Source of the DNA: a virus
Lineage: Duplodnaviria; Heunggongvirae; Uroviricota; Caudoviricetes
DNA: 64,000 nt
Strand: one strand, 5' to 3'
Virus record (IMG/VR): IMGVR_UViG_2703718869_000013
Location: 33,127 to 97,126 of that record
Shown one piece after another: positions 1-10,150 of the stretch. Numbering within the stretch: the stretch's first letter is position 1; each line of letters starts with the position of its first letter. Position numbers and translations under genes: made by a program. The notes below the pieces were generated by a model. It searched no databases and was not told where the DNA came from. It saw only the letters and a program-made list of their open reading frames with translations.

Positions 1-1552
1 TAAAGACCCGGTTTTTGCGGGTATCTCTGATAATGCCACCGCTCAAATCGCTACAGCGTGGGCAAGTGCACTGGCTGACTACGCCGCAGCACATAAATCT
101 ATGCCGCGTCCGGAAATTCTGGCCTCCTGCCACCAGACGCTGGAAAACTGCCTGATTGAGTCCACCCGCAATAGCATGGATGCCACTAATAAAGCGATGC
201 TGGAATCCGTCGCAGCAGAGATGATGAGCGTTTCTGACGGTGTTATGCGTCTGCCTTTATTCCTCGCGATGATCCTGCCTGTTCAGTTGGGGGCAGCTAC
301 CGCTGATGCGTGTACCTTCATTCCGGTTACGCGTGACCAGTCCGACATCTATGAAGTCTTTAACGTGGCAGGTTCCTCTTTTGGTTCTTATGCTGCTGGT
401 GATGTTCTGGACATGCAATCCGTTGGTGTGTACAGCCAGTTACGTCGCCGCTATGTGCTGGTGGCAAGCTCCGATGGCACCAGCAAAACCGCAACCTTCA
501 AGATGGAAGACTTCGAAGGCCAGAATGTACCAATCCGAAAAGGTCGCACTAACATCTACGTTAACCGTATTAAGTCTGTTGTTGATAACGGTTCCGGCAG
601 CCTACTTCACTCGTTTACTAATGCTGCTGGTGAGCAAATCACTGTTACCTGCTCTCTGAACTACAACATTGGTCAGATTGCCCTGTCGTTCTCCAAAGCG
701 CCGGATAAAGGCACTGAGATCGCAATTGAGACGGAAATCAATATTGAAGCCGCACCTGAGCTGATCCCGCTGATCAACCACGAAATGAAGAAATACACCC
801 TGTTCCCAAGTCAGTTCGTTATCGCGGCTGAGCACACGGTACAGGCGGCGTATGAAGCACAGCGTGAATTTGGTCTGGACCTGGGTTCCCTACAGTTCCG
901 CACCCTGAAGGAATACCTGTCTCATGAACAGGATATGCTGCGTCTTCGCATCATGATCTGGCGTACTCTTGCGACCGACACCTTTGACATCGCTCTGCCG
1001 GTTAACCAGTCCTTTAATGTATGGGCAACCATCATTCGTGGCAAATTCCAGACTGTATATCGCGACATTATTGAGCGCGTTAAATCTTCTGGTGCGATGG
1101 GGATGTTTGCTGGTGCTGATGCAGCATCTTTCTTCAAACAGTTGCCGAAGGATTTCTTCCAGCCAGCCGAAGACTATATCCAGACTCCGTATGTTCACTA
1201 CATCGGTACCCTGTTCGGTAACGTGAAAGTGTACGAAGTACCTGCTGGTATTTGTAAGAACTTAACGACAGAGAACATTCAGTTCAGCTCGATGGATGTG
1301 CTGTGCTACGTCCGTGATGAAAATCCGGGTAAAGCAGGCTTCGTGACTGGTGATGCTGTCCCGGCTATCCCGTTCCAGCATCCGACCACTCCGGCGCTGG
1401 TCAACCGTACCACACTGTGGGGTTCGGCTATCAACGATATGCACCCACGCAACGGCGCTGATTACTTCACTCGTGTAACGCTGACAATGGCCAAAAAAGG
1501 CGGGCTTAACTTCATAAGCGGCGACACGATTGATGCCGGTGACTCTGAGTAA
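1..1552 (+). CDS. virion structural protein, 5'-truncated by the window edge (possibly major head protein)
   Basis: Frame 2 is open from base 2 with no stop before the listed ATG at 101; long ORF immediately upstream of a sheath-like gene; GC-rich hairpin 1579-1597 after the stop. Confidence 0.45.
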   Translation, partial: KDPVFAGISDNATAQIATAWASALADYAAAHKSMPRPEILASCHQTLENCLIESTRNSMDATNKAMLESVAAEMMSVSDGVMRLPLFLAMILPVQLGAATADACTFIPVTRDQSDIYEVFNVAGSSFGSYAAGDVLDMQSVGVYSQLRRRYVLVASSDGTSKTATFKMEDFEGQNVPIRKGRTNIYVNRIKSVVDNGSGSLLHSFTNAAGEQITVTCSLNYNIGQIALSFSKAPDKGTEIAIETEINIEAAPELIPLINHEMKKYTLFPSQFVIAAEHTVQAAYEAQREFGLDLGSLQFRTLKEYLSHEQDMLRLRIMIWRTLATDTFDIALPVNQSFNVWATIIRGKFQTVYRDIIERVKSSGAMGMFAGADAASFFKQLPKDFFQPAEDYIQTPYVHYIGTLFGNVKVYEVPAGICKNLTTENIQFSSMDVLCYVRDENPGKAGFVTGDAVPAIPFQHPTTPALVNRTTLWGSAINDMHPRNGADYFTRVTLTMAKKGGLNFISGDTIDAGDSE

Positions 1553-1612
1553 TCAGGGGAAGTTCTCCGTTTAACATAGCGCCCCCGTGCGGGGCGCATA
1601 ACAGGGAAAGTT

Positions 1613-3202
1613 ATGTCTCAATATTCAATTCAACAGTCATTAGGTAATGCATCCGGCGTCGCGGTTAGCCCGATCAATGCCGATGCGACGTTATCTACCG
1701 GTGTTGCATTAAATAGCAGCTTGTGGGCTGGTATTGGCGTATTTGCGCGTGGCAAGCCGTTTACTGTTCTTGCGGTTACTGAGTCCAATTACAAAGATGT
1801 TCTCGGCGAACCGCTGAAGCCGTCTTCCGGCTCACAGTTCGAACCAATTCGCCATGTATACGAAGCTATTCAGCAAACGTCAGGTTATGTTGTTCGTGCT
1901 GTTCCGGATGATGCGAAGTTCCCGATTATTATGTTCGATGAATCAGGCGAACCGGCTTACAGTGCGTTGCCATACGGTTCTGAAATTGAACTTGATAGTG
2001 GCGAAGCCTTTGCTATCTACGTTGATGATGGTGATCCGTGTATTTCACCTACCCGTGAGTTAACCATCGAAACGGCAACAGCGGACAGCGCGGGTAATGA
2101 ACGCTTCCTCTTAAAACTGACCCAGACGACTTCGCTCGGCGTGGTAACGACCCTGGAGACACACACTGTGTCTTTGGCGGAAGAAGCGAAAGATGACATG
2201 GGCCGCTTGTGTTATCTGCCTACGGCTCTGGAAGCCCGTTCTAAATATCTGCGCGCGGTTGTTAATGAAGAGCTGATTTCGACGGCGAAAGTAACAAATA
2301 AAAAATCGCTGGCGTTCACTGGTGGTACCAACGGTGATCAGTCGAAAATCTCAACCGCTGCGTACCTGCGTGCGGTTAAGGTGCTGAACAATGCGCCGTA
2401 CATGTACACCGCTGTTCTCGGCCTGGGTTGCTATGACAATGCGGCGATCACCGCGTTAGGTAATATCTGTTCTGATCGCCTGATTGATGGCTTCTTTGAT
2501 GTCAAACCGACATTGACGTATACGGAAGCGCTCTCTGCTGTTGAAGATACCGGTTTACTTGGTACCGATTATGTAAGCTGTGCTGTCTATCACTACCCGT
2601 TCTCCTGCAAAGACAAATGGACCCAATCCCGTGTGGTCTTTGGTCTGTCTGGCGTGGCGTATGCGGCGAAAGCTCGTGGCGTCAAGAAAAACTCTGATGT
2701 CGGCGGTTGGCATTACTCACCGGCTGGTGAAGAACGTGCCGTCATTGCTCGTGCGTCAATTCAACCGCTGTATCCGGAAGATACCCCGGACGAAGAAGCA
2801 ATGGTCAAGGGCCGTCTCAATAAAGTATCTGTTGGCACCTCTGGCCAGATGATCATCGACGATGCTTTAACTTGCTGCACGCAGGATAACTATCTGCACT
2901 TCCAGCACGTCCCATCCCTGATGAATGCAATCAGCCGTTTCTTTGTCCAGTTAGCCCGACAGATGAAGCATAGCCCGGACGGTATTACTGCGGCTGGCCT
3001 GACTAAAGGGATGACCAAACTTTTAGATCGCTTTGTCGCCTCCGGCGCTCTGGTGGCTCCTCGTGATCCTGATGCTGACGGTACAGAACCGTATGTGCTG
3101 AAAGTTACGCAGGCGGAATTCGATAAATGGGAAGTAGTCTGGGCCTGCTGCCCGACTGGCGTAGCCCGTCGTATCCAGGGCGTACCGCTGCTTATTAAGT
3201 AA
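1613..3202 (+). CDS. tail sheath-like protein
   Basis: 529 aa; N-terminal pattern (MSxY..., G-x-V, KPxxVLAVT) resembles contractile sheath N-termini; sits in a late operon between a capsid-like gene and small tube-sized genes. Family assignment from memory only. Confidence 0.5.
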   Translation: MSQYSIQQSLGNASGVAVSPINADATLSTGVALNSSLWAGIGVFARGKPFTVLAVTESNYKDVLGEPLKPSSGSQFEPIRHVYEAIQQTSGYVVRAVPDDAKFPIIMFDESGEPAYSALPYGSEIELDSGEAFAIYVDDGDPCISPTRELTIETATADSAGNERFLLKLTQTTSLGVVTTLETHTVSLAEEAKDDMGRLCYLPTALEARSKYLRAVVNEELISTAKVTNKKSLAFTGGTNGDQSKISTAAYLRAVKVLNNAPYMYTAVLGLGCYDNAAITALGNICSDRLIDGFFDVKPTLTYTEALSAVEDTGLLGTDYVSCAVYHYPFSCKDKWTQSRVVFGLSGVAYAAKARGVKKNSDVGGWHYSPAGEERAVIARASIQPLYPEDTPDEEAMVKGRLNKVSVGTSGQMIIDDALTCCTQDNYLHFQHVPSLMNAISRFFVQLARQMKHSPDGITAAGLTKGMTKLLDRFVASGALVAPRDPDADGTEPYVLKVTQAEFDKWEVVWACCPTGVARRIQGVPLLIK

Positions 3203-3211
3203 GGGAATACA

Positions 3212-4027
3212 ATGAGCAAAAACTTTTTTCAATCCGGGGCATTTTTGGGGAATGGACTGTCTCGTTTCGCTTTGAACTCTGATCCTGTGCAGCTGATGGA
3301 GTCCGCCCGAGCAAGCGCCGAACAGCCAACAGATCCGGTTATTAATAATAATCCGGAACCGGCGGCACAGACTAACGATAACGTTCCATCTGATCCGGCT
3401 CCTGAGCAAATCCTGGAAGGGAAAGACGGTAAAGAATGGACCGTCGAACAGGCGCACCAGATGATTCTGGAAGCTGCAAATAGAAGTGCTATGCAGAATG
3501 CGTTGAGTGATGCGGCCGACGCCGTTTTCGCCTGGGCTGATAGCGGTGATCTGACTTTCGACTCCCTTGATGGTTTCGTTCAGGCTATCGCTGGTATCTC
3601 TGATGACGACGACTCCGAAGTTACAGAAGAACAGGACGATGCCTATAACGAAGCATGGGCAAATGTTGCTGACTTCCTCGCAGCATGCGGTGTAGATGAT
3701 GACCTGATCGAAGCACTGGCTGACGATGAAGACGACGACGCAGCTGCTGATGTTGGTGCCTCTATCGCTGGTTTAGATAGCGACGACCGCGACGAACTGG
3801 AAGCGGCGTTTGTTGTTGCTGGCACTTCTGATGAAATGCTGACTGAAGCATTTAAGAAGGTTGTTCGTAATGGTGAGATCAAACTCATCCGTAAACGCCT
3901 GCGTAAAAAACGTCTGACTGCGGCTCAAAAATCGGCGCTGAAAAAAGCACGCCGTAAAGCCCAGACCGGCGCGGCAAAACTGGCCCGCAAAAAGTCAATG
4001 AAACTGCGCCGTAAGCGCCTTGGCTAA
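3212..4027 (+). CDS. hypothetical protein with strongly acidic body and Lys/Arg-rich C-terminal tail
   Basis: 271 aa; D/E-rich runs (DDEDDDAAAD, SDDDDSE) and a basic tail (KRLRKKRLTAAQKSALKKARRK...); followed by hairpin 4033-4055. Confidence 0.5.
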   Translation: MSKNFFQSGAFLGNGLSRFALNSDPVQLMESARASAEQPTDPVINNNPEPAAQTNDNVPSDPAPEQILEGKDGKEWTVEQAHQMILEAANRSAMQNALSDAADAVFAWADSGDLTFDSLDGFVQAIAGISDDDDSEVTEEQDDAYNEAWANVADFLAACGVDDDLIEALADDEDDDAAADVGASIAGLDSDDRDELEAAFVVAGTSDEMLTEAFKKVVRNGEIKLIRKRLRKKRLTAAQKSALKKARRKAQTGAAKLARKKSMKLRRKRLG

Positions 4028-4062
4028 AGGAGGAGGCCGGAGAACTCCGGCCTTTAACTTGA

Positions 4063-4644
4063 ATGGCACCTATACCTTATGGGGTTTACAGCCAGGCTGA
4101 CGGTGTATCACCATTTCTGAAAGTTACTTTAACGAACTCTCAGTACCAGGTTACCGGATATATCAGCCAGGGAGCGGCAATGAACATGGCCCAGAATTGG
4201 GAAGCGCCGTTTACCGGTATGTCCATGGGATCTGTTTCTGGTGCTCTGGGTGGTTTTGTGCAAGTAGGTACTGAAACAACGTCGGTTGCCCGTTGGAATA
4301 GCTTAATGGTTTGGGAAGGGGGGACTCCGCCGACGTTCACGCTGCCTGTAACTTTCATTGCTTTGAACAATCCATTCATTGAAGTTTCAGGCGCTATCGC
4401 CGCGTTGACAGCCATGATTAGCCCGGAACTAAAAGCGGCCAATGTTGGTGGTCGAATCCCGGAGCGCGTGACGCTAAACATTGGTCGCCGGATCAACATC
4501 ACCGATGTCGCCATCCAGGACTTAAGTTTTGATCTCGATGCGCCAAGGGATAGTAATGGATATTTCCTGAAAAACACCGTCAACCTCCAGTTGACCGGTT
4601 CTTCGATATATAACAGCTCCGATATTGTTCGGGCGTTCCAGTAA
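4063..4644 (+). CDS. putative tail tube or tail structural protein
   Basis: 193 aa ORF directly after the sheath-like gene in the same operon; size and position only. Confidence 0.35.
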   Translation: MAPIPYGVYSQADGVSPFLKVTLTNSQYQVTGYISQGAAMNMAQNWEAPFTGMSMGSVSGALGGFVQVGTETTSVARWNSLMVWEGGTPPTFTLPVTFIALNNPFIEVSGAIAALTAMISPELKAANVGGRIPERVTLNIGRRINITDVAIQDLSFDLDAPRDSNGYFLKNTVNLQLTGSSIYNSSDIVRAFQ

Positions 4645-4655
4645 AAGGATTTTAT

Positions 4656-5165
4656 ATGGGACACAATAACACTAAGGGAAACCGTAAATTTATTAAGGGC
4701 CGCTATACTGCCAACGCGGCCAAAGGCGAACGACTGGTATCTTCTGAATTCCAGCTCACTTTTGCAGGCCGTGAAGATATCAGCGTACTGGTTCGTACGT
4801 CGCAAATTCCTGAAATGACCCGCGAGGATGTGGAGGACTATGGTCCGAATGGTGTGAAGTTCAACCAGCACGGACCAATTCGAAACTCTGGGGAAATCCA
4901 GGTCCAGTGCGTGGAGACTATCGAAGGCGATATTCTTCAGTTCATCAAGGATCGCATTGCGGCGAAGGACTATGTTGATATCACGATGGCTGCTACCCCT
5001 GAATCCAAATCTTCCGGGGTTAACGCTGTGACAAAAGCTGCTACAACAATTGAAATGTTGGACTGCAAAATCTACAGTGATGCAATCGACTTTAGTACCG
5101 AAGATGTGACTGCCGCTGTGCGCCCGTCACTTCGTATCGTTTACAACTGGATTGAGTGGGATTAA
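4656..5165 (+). CDS. putative tail structural protein
   Basis: 169 aa ORF, last gene of the + strand late operon; followed by a strong terminator. Confidence 0.35.
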   Translation: MGHNNTKGNRKFIKGRYTANAAKGERLVSSEFQLTFAGREDISVLVRTSQIPEMTREDVEDYGPNGVKFNQHGPIRNSGEIQVQCVETIEGDILQFIKDRIAAKDYVDITMAATPESKSSGVNAVTKAATTIEMLDCKIYSDAIDFSTEDVTAAVRPSLRIVYNWIEWD

Positions 5166-5184
5166 GAGTCACCCCTTGTATTTT

Positions 5185-5208
5185 AAAGCTCCTACGGGAG
5201 CTTTTTTG
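5185..5208 (+). terminator. rho-independent terminator of the late structural operon
   Basis: Stem aaagctcc / ggagcttt with loop tacg, followed by tttt. Confidence 0.65.
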
Positions 5209-5248
5209 TGCTTAAATTATGCCGGTATAGCGAAATTTTGAGCATATT

Positions 5249-5545
5249 ATGGAAATTGATTTTTCATACTCTCCTGAAACGATAGAACGAAGATTCGAAA
5301 TAATTGGATGCAAAACTATTTCAGAGGAGCATTATTGGATTCTCTATGATGCCAATACATGGTTATGTGCCTTAGCAGAATGTCGGCCATCGTTATGTGC
5401 AGGGGAGGGAGGACTTCGACATAAGGTGCTGGCTACACTTGAAGTGAACACGTTACGATATTGGTGTGTCGAAATACTTAGGGATAACAAAGAATTACAT
5501 TTATTATTGCTGAATAAGTGTGCGCCTCTGCGCAGGAAAGCATAA
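5249..5545 (+). CDS. hypothetical small protein (AT-rich island)
   Basis: 98 aa ORF in AT-rich DNA after the terminator; weak RBS; no recognisable family. Confidence 0.3.
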   Translation: MEIDFSYSPETIERRFEIIGCKTISEEHYWILYDANTWLCALAECRPSLCAGEGGLRHKVLATLEVNTLRYWCVEILRDNKELHLLLLNKCAPLRRKA

Positions 5546-5711
5546 GAAAACCCAACCGCCATACTGGAATTATCAGAAGAATATGTGCGGAAAGTTATAG
5601 CTAGCTATTGAAAAGCTAAAGTAGATCGGTTAGATTTACTTTACTCATCTACCATGCGTAGAAAGAGCGATCGAACCCGATACATAGCAATATGTGTCGG
5701 GTTCAGCTTTT

Positions 5712-6176
5712 TTATGTCCCAAGTGCTCTTTTTCTGCTTTGTTTGAGTGTTCTGATTTTACTGTCATAGGTTACAACATAGGCTGTTTTGAGAAGCCAAT
5801 AGTCTCTACGTGCGGATAGCACAACAACGTAGTTTTCACACTCGTTCCAGATTACCCACTCTTCAGTTGGTCCTCGTCTTTCAGACCAACATGATATATC
5901 GCAATGGTCATAATTCCTTATCATATGCGCGATCCAGCGGATCCGCTTACACCGTTCAAGATCTGGTATTCGTTCTTCTTCTATTTTTCCCTCTGATACT
6001 AAATGCCAAAATCCGAACTCTTTCCCATCATATTCCGGTGAATAACGTAATCGAACAGGGAGACCCTTAAACGTTATATTAGAGATTAAAATATCTTCTC
6101 TAACAACATCATATACATCGTCTATATACTCTTGCCAACTTCCATTGAAGTACAATAAATCTGGCATTTGAAGCAT
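5712..6176 (-). CDS. hypothetical protein, downstream partner of a coupled two-gene operon
   Basis: ATG at 6176-6174 preceded by GGGAGG; its start overlaps the stop of the upstream gene (TGATG); AT-rich; no family recognised. The listed ORF extends to 6191. Confidence 0.5.
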   Translation of the reverse strand: MLQMPDLLYFNGSWQEYIDDVYDVVREDILISNITFKGLPVRLRYSPEYDGKEFGFWHLVSEGKIEEERIPDLERCKRIRWIAHMIRNYDHCDISCWSERRGPTEEWVIWNECENYVVVLSARRDYWLLKTAYVVTYDSKIRTLKQSRKRALGT

Positions 6177-6880
6177 CAGCGAGCCTCCCACACGAAAATA
6201 TTAAATTTACTTTCTGTTGGAAGAGTGCTTTTTAGTAACTCCCTGTTTGTATGTGATTTTATCCTGTTTATGACTTGGATTTTTCCCGCGTTGCTATTCA
6301 TTCCTCGATGAACGTAGCCTAACGCACCAATGAAAAGATCCGTTAGCTGCAATTGTTGCACTTCATGAGATCGTATATGTTGAATTCTGTTTATCGACTC
6401 ATGATTGTAATCATAGCGATCATTGTGAAGAACTCCTCTTAATTTCTCAATTTTTTCAATACCTAAAGTATCTTTTATATCTAGGTAGATATTGTATGTG
6501 TTGTTACTTTCTATTATGTTTTTTAAGACATAAAAAAACATCTTATAATAGAAAGTATTATGATCTTGATGGAATCGAGCATGGTCCAGTTGCTCTTTAT
6601 CAGGAACAACAACACCTCTAAAGCGCAATGCTGGGTTGCTGAAGAAGTAATCTACGACCTCTAAGTAAAATTCAACTTTGGACGCAGATACTTTAGTCCA
6701 CTTGATTTCGAAATCAGGTTTTAAATTGTGTTTTAATTTTAATCCCTTGATGTCTCTAGCAATTTTTTTTGTGATAGTGCCAGGACACCAAAGCGCACCC
6801 AATACCATGACTTTATTATGATCATTTAGTAGGTGACAGGATTCATCGCAGAATACATTAAATGTTCTTCGGTTCAACAT
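6176..6880 (-). CDS. hypothetical protein with an N-terminal FNVFCDES motif (DUF3800-like, tentative)
   Basis: 234 aa; N-terminal hydrophobic strand followed by D-E-S as I remember for DUF3800-type proteins; AT-rich; coupled to the downstream gene. Confidence 0.45.
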   Translation of the reverse strand: MLNRRTFNVFCDESCHLLNDHNKVMVLGALWCPGTITKKIARDIKGLKLKHNLKPDFEIKWTKVSASKVEFYLEVVDYFFSNPALRFRGVVVPDKEQLDHARFHQDHNTFYYKMFFYVLKNIIESNNTYNIYLDIKDTLGIEKIEKLRGVLHNDRYDYNHESINRIQHIRSHEVQQLQLTDLFIGALGYVHRGMNSNAGKIQVINRIKSHTNRELLKSTLPTESKFNIFVWEAR

Positions 6881-7048
6881 GTTAACTCCACTTATTGTTA
6901 GGTAGAATTGTCCGTTAGTTGTTTATTAATTGCAATAATTGGACGTTCTGATTTGCTAACTACGTCATCTTACCAGGACGCCTATGAGTTTTCCTCATGG
7001 CAAACTAGAGGTGTTGAAAGTATGCATGGTTATAATTAGAGCAATCTA

Positions 7049-7894
7049 TCACCCTCTGAATCCTACCGGTATACCCCATTGTTCGTTATCTTTATTTTTG
7101 GCTAATACCGCATTAAGAGCTTCGTTTACCGTCATGCAATGCGGTAGATTATCGAAGTTTGATATCCAGCCAATATCAGGAGAACGCTTGTTCTTCAGGT
7201 AAGCATATTTCCGCGCTGCCGCCTCTACTTTCTGCTTGAACTCATGTTTTTGAGCGCGTTTTTTGGATAACCGCAGATTGTCAGCCTTTGCTTTTGCTTC
7301 AGCGATCCATGAAGTCAATTTTTTGAGTCTGGTCGTTCCGGCACCGCCGGAAACTGATCTTTTTGTTTTTTTAACTTGTGACTTCTTATTCTTTATTGCC
7401 ACGTCATCCTGACAGGGGGAGGGGGTATCATTTTGACATGGGGGTGTGGATAAAAAATTAAATAAAGCCAATGTCTTAGCGAGAACAGCTTTAACCTTGG
7501 TTGCCGCTGAAGAGATCTTTAATTTGCTTTCAATCAGCGCATTTTTGGCTTGTTGTGCGAAGGCCAAAAAGGATGGTGTAAACCGGTACAGGTTAGCGCG
7601 ACGTTCACGGTGATCGCCGATAACAATCTCTACAGACAGAATTCCTTTGTTTACAGCTTCACGGAATGCACGAACGACGGTTGATTGGCTATAACCAGTT
7701 TCTGCCGCGATCAGGCGGTGAGGCTTGTGAATGAAGTATTCACTGGTTGTTGCCGCTAGATTTGCACATTGCGACAGGATATGCCCGGCGCTACGAGATA
7801 GACCGGAGTGTGTTACAAAGCAGGCCAATTCATAGCCAGAAAAAGTAAAATCGCTCATCGTTATACAGCTCAGGAAAGTGACTTTAGCCAGCAT
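7049..7894 (-). CDS. repL: RepL-like lytic replication initiator
   Basis: 281 aa, immediately downstream of a KilA-N protein as in the P1 kilA-repL operon; identification by size, position and basic C-terminal half. Confidence 0.6.
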   Translation of the reverse strand: MLAKVTFLSCITMSDFTFSGYELACFVTHSGLSRSAGHILSQCANLAATTSEYFIHKPHRLIAAETGYSQSTVVRAFREAVNKGILSVEIVIGDHRERRANLYRFTPSFLAFAQQAKNALIESKLKISSAATKVKAVLAKTLALFNFLSTPPCQNDTPSPCQDDVAIKNKKSQVKKTKRSVSGGAGTTRLKKLTSWIAEAKAKADNLRLSKKRAQKHEFKQKVEAAARKYAYLKNKRSPDIGWISNFDNLPHCMTVNEALNAVLAKNKDNEQWGIPVGFRG

Positions 7895-7923
7895 TACAAT
7901 GCTGGTGGTTCTTACTACGTCTG

Positions 7924-8724
7924 TTAGCGCGTTGCCGCGACAGGTACCAGCACACCAGCATCAAGCAATCGCTTCATCAGCCACTGCTGACCTTTGCCGG
8001 TTATACGAGTCGTGAAAGAAATCCTGCTTCCATTGCTTGTATCGATCACGGTTTCTTTAAGGGTGAAATACCCACGGGATATGTATTCTTGTTTGGGGAC
8101 GTTCCTGCGTTCACCGGTTGCGATCAGAATTCCGTTATCACGCAACCAGGTGAAGAGATAGTTTTGGCCCAGGCCGAGCACTTTGGCATAGTTGCCGATT
8201 AGAACCCCGCTGGCGGTAGCAACGCGTTCGGCGAATTCGACTTTAGGCGCATCCATAAGCATTTTTTGCTCCAGCCGTTGCTTTTGCTCTGCCAGGTCGG
8301 CAGCCAAACGGAGAGCTTCAGGGAGACTCTGCGGAATAGCAGGTTGTAATCTTCCGGCTCGATAGTCGATAAATGTCTGGTTTACCTTCAGCCGAAACGC
8401 GGGAGAAATCCAGCCTGCGTACTCCACAGCGAGCAATTCATGGGCAAACGTACCGCCGCCACGGCCTTCGAACGAAACTATGCAATTCTGCATAGTTTCT
8501 TTTTCAAGCTCTTCGATGAGCTGTTTAGCTGACAGCGTTCTTAGCCATTGAGCTGGCGCTTTATGGGCACCGAGTCCGCTCGCTCTGTGTAGAGCATTAA
8601 GGTTGTAACGGCCAGCGCGGTCGGTCGTAATTTCAACACCACAAATAACGGGCAGAGTGGTTGAAGGATCGACATTTTGATGAAGGTTTGATATATTCAT
8701 ATCCGCATTGAATGTTTGTTGCAT
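7924..8724 (-). CDS. kilA: KilA-like protein (KilA-N domain plus ANT/KilA-C domain)
   Basis: 266 aa; N-terminal KilA-N-like segment (YNLNALHRASG...KAPAQWLRT); C-terminal segment shared with the four Ant paralogs (APKVEFAERV...GKGQQWL). Confidence 0.7.
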   Translation of the reverse strand: MQQTFNADMNISNLHQNVDPSTTLPVICGVEITTDRAGRYNLNALHRASGLGAHKAPAQWLRTLSAKQLIEELEKETMQNCIVSFEGRGGGTFAHELLAVEYAGWISPAFRLKVNQTFIDYRAGRLQPAIPQSLPEALRLAADLAEQKQRLEQKMLMDAPKVEFAERVATASGVLIGNYAKVLGLGQNYLFTWLRDNGILIATGERRNVPKQEYISRGYFTLKETVIDTSNGSRISFTTRITGKGQQWLMKRLLDAGVLVPVAATR

Positions 8725-8792
8725 TTTTTCTCCAAATTTGCATCAACCTTCAATCACCAGCTCGAAATGGTGATTCTTTGCACTTAGAAAAC

Positions 8793-8809
8793 GAAATTTA
8801 TTAGAGCAA
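8793..8809. promoter_or_regulatory. C1-operator-like site upstream of kilA
   Basis: aaatttattagagcaaa matches the reverse complement of the P1 C1 operator consensus ATTGCTCTAATAAATTT at 16 of 17 positions. Confidence 0.6.
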
Positions 8810-8888
8810 ATTTTTCTGACTCGATCCAGATCGGGTTGGACGATCTGCTCAGAAACCTGCCAGTTTGCTGGCAGGTTTTTTTCTTTTG

Positions 8889-9932
8889 TTAACCTATTGC
8901 TACTGGTTTTAACAAACCAGCATCAAGTAGCTTGCGAGTTAACCACTGCTGGCCTTTACCCGTTAATTGGGGCGTCAGCCGTATCTGGTAGCCATTTTCA
9001 TCATCCAGCACCACTTCTTTCACCGTGAAATACCCGGCGTTAATGTACTGCTGGCGCGGTACGTTTTTGCGCGCACCAAAAGCCATGAGAATGCCGTTCT
9101 GGCGCAACCATGAGAAAAGGGCGTTTTGCTTAAGTCCAACGACCTTTGCAAAGTTCCCGATCAGGATTCCATTAGCCGCTGATACCCGGTCGGCAAAATC
9201 GACTTTAGGGGCTGCGGCCACCAGCTGTTGTTCCAACTGCATTTTCTGTTCTGCCAACTCGGCAGCCAGGCGTAGAGCTTCTGGTAATGTTTGGGGGATC
9301 GATGGGGTAGGGGAGTTTGCCTGCTGCAATTCTTCCAGTTTGTCGATCAGCGAACGGCGGACCGCTTTTGACTCGCGCGCGGCGACTCGCAAGGCTTGTT
9401 TGTAGGTCATGGTGATGACCTCAAAAGAGCGCCCAGCCCTTGTGCCATGGGATTTTGCACTTTTTGTGTAAAATTCACCTTCAAGTTCATCGAGTATTTT
9501 TTCGATGAATTTATTGTTTCTAACCTCTGGTTCTCCACATAACTTGCGTGCCTCATTGACCATCTTCAACAATGTTTGGCTGTCGATTGTGTCTCCGGTG
9601 TTGGGGATGACATTCACGGCTGGTGTTGGCGTAGCTGACGTAACAGGTGCTGGTTTCTCAACATTCAAATTTTTACCGGTCACTCTATGTGCCTCCTTTC
9701 TCATTTCTGCTGCCACCGTTGCGTAACGTAGACGTCCTTGTTCAATCAAATAATCCCTGATCTCGGCTATCAGTAGCCTGTTGATCACAGCCTTATCTGT
9801 TCGGGTATAAAAACGCCTGGTTATCATGAAATAGTTGGCAATTGCGCCGGGGATCTCCCGTGTCGGCATACAGGCAGTATGCAGGGCGATTGCTTCGGCT
9901 ATGTCATTACGGGTGACGAGAGGTTTTTTCAT
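8889..9932 (-). CDS. ant: antirepressor Ant (immI-like module A)
   Basis: 347 aa with a conserved ANT C-terminal domain; start overlaps the stop of a 73-aa icd-like ORF (ATGA), indicating translational coupling. Confidence 0.75.
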   Translation of the reverse strand: MKKPLVTRNDIAEAIALHTACMPTREIPGAIANYFMITRRFYTRTDKAVINRLLIAEIRDYLIEQGRLRYATVAAEMRKEAHRVTGKNLNVEKPAPVTSATPTPAVNVIPNTGDTIDSQTLLKMVNEARKLCGEPEVRNNKFIEKILDELEGEFYTKSAKSHGTRAGRSFEVITMTYKQALRVAARESKAVRRSLIDKLEELQQANSPTPSIPQTLPEALRLAAELAEQKMQLEQQLVAAAPKVDFADRVSAANGILIGNFAKVVGLKQNALFSWLRQNGILMAFGARKNVPRQQYINAGYFTVKEVVLDDENGYQIRLTPQLTGKGQQWLTRKLLDAGLLKPVAIG

Positions 9933-10150
9933 AAAACCCCCTGAACGTCGGCAGAGAAGGGGAGGTTCCAGTAACTAAGTGAATTGCGCGAGTTAGTTGA
10001 AAAACGGGCAGTAAAAATGCAGGGGCCATCAGGCAATTGAGAGCGTGCTTCGTCTTCTGTTGCTGCGATAACGAAGTGATAGTGGTGTTTTTTACAGGAA
10101 TAGAAACGCCAGATGAATTCTTGGCGTGCGCAAGGATTGGCATTAACCAT
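9929..10150 (-). CDS. icd: Icd-like small protein (module A)
   Basis: 73 aa (MVNANPCARQEFIWRF...), conserved in four copies, each directly upstream of and overlapping an ant gene. Confidence 0.6.
   Translation of the reverse strand: MVNANPCARQEFIWRFYSCKKHHYHFVIAATEDEARSQLPDGPCIFTARFSTNSRNSLSYWNLPFSADVQGVL

Noticed and set aside
4140-4871. 243-aa antisense ORF (and similar long antisense ORFs such as 3023-3457, 27903-28274, 31069-31467, 32339-32770, 53518-53775)
   Set aside because: Each lies opposite a well-supported structural or enzyme gene, lacks an RBS, and has atypical composition; treated as shadow ORFs.
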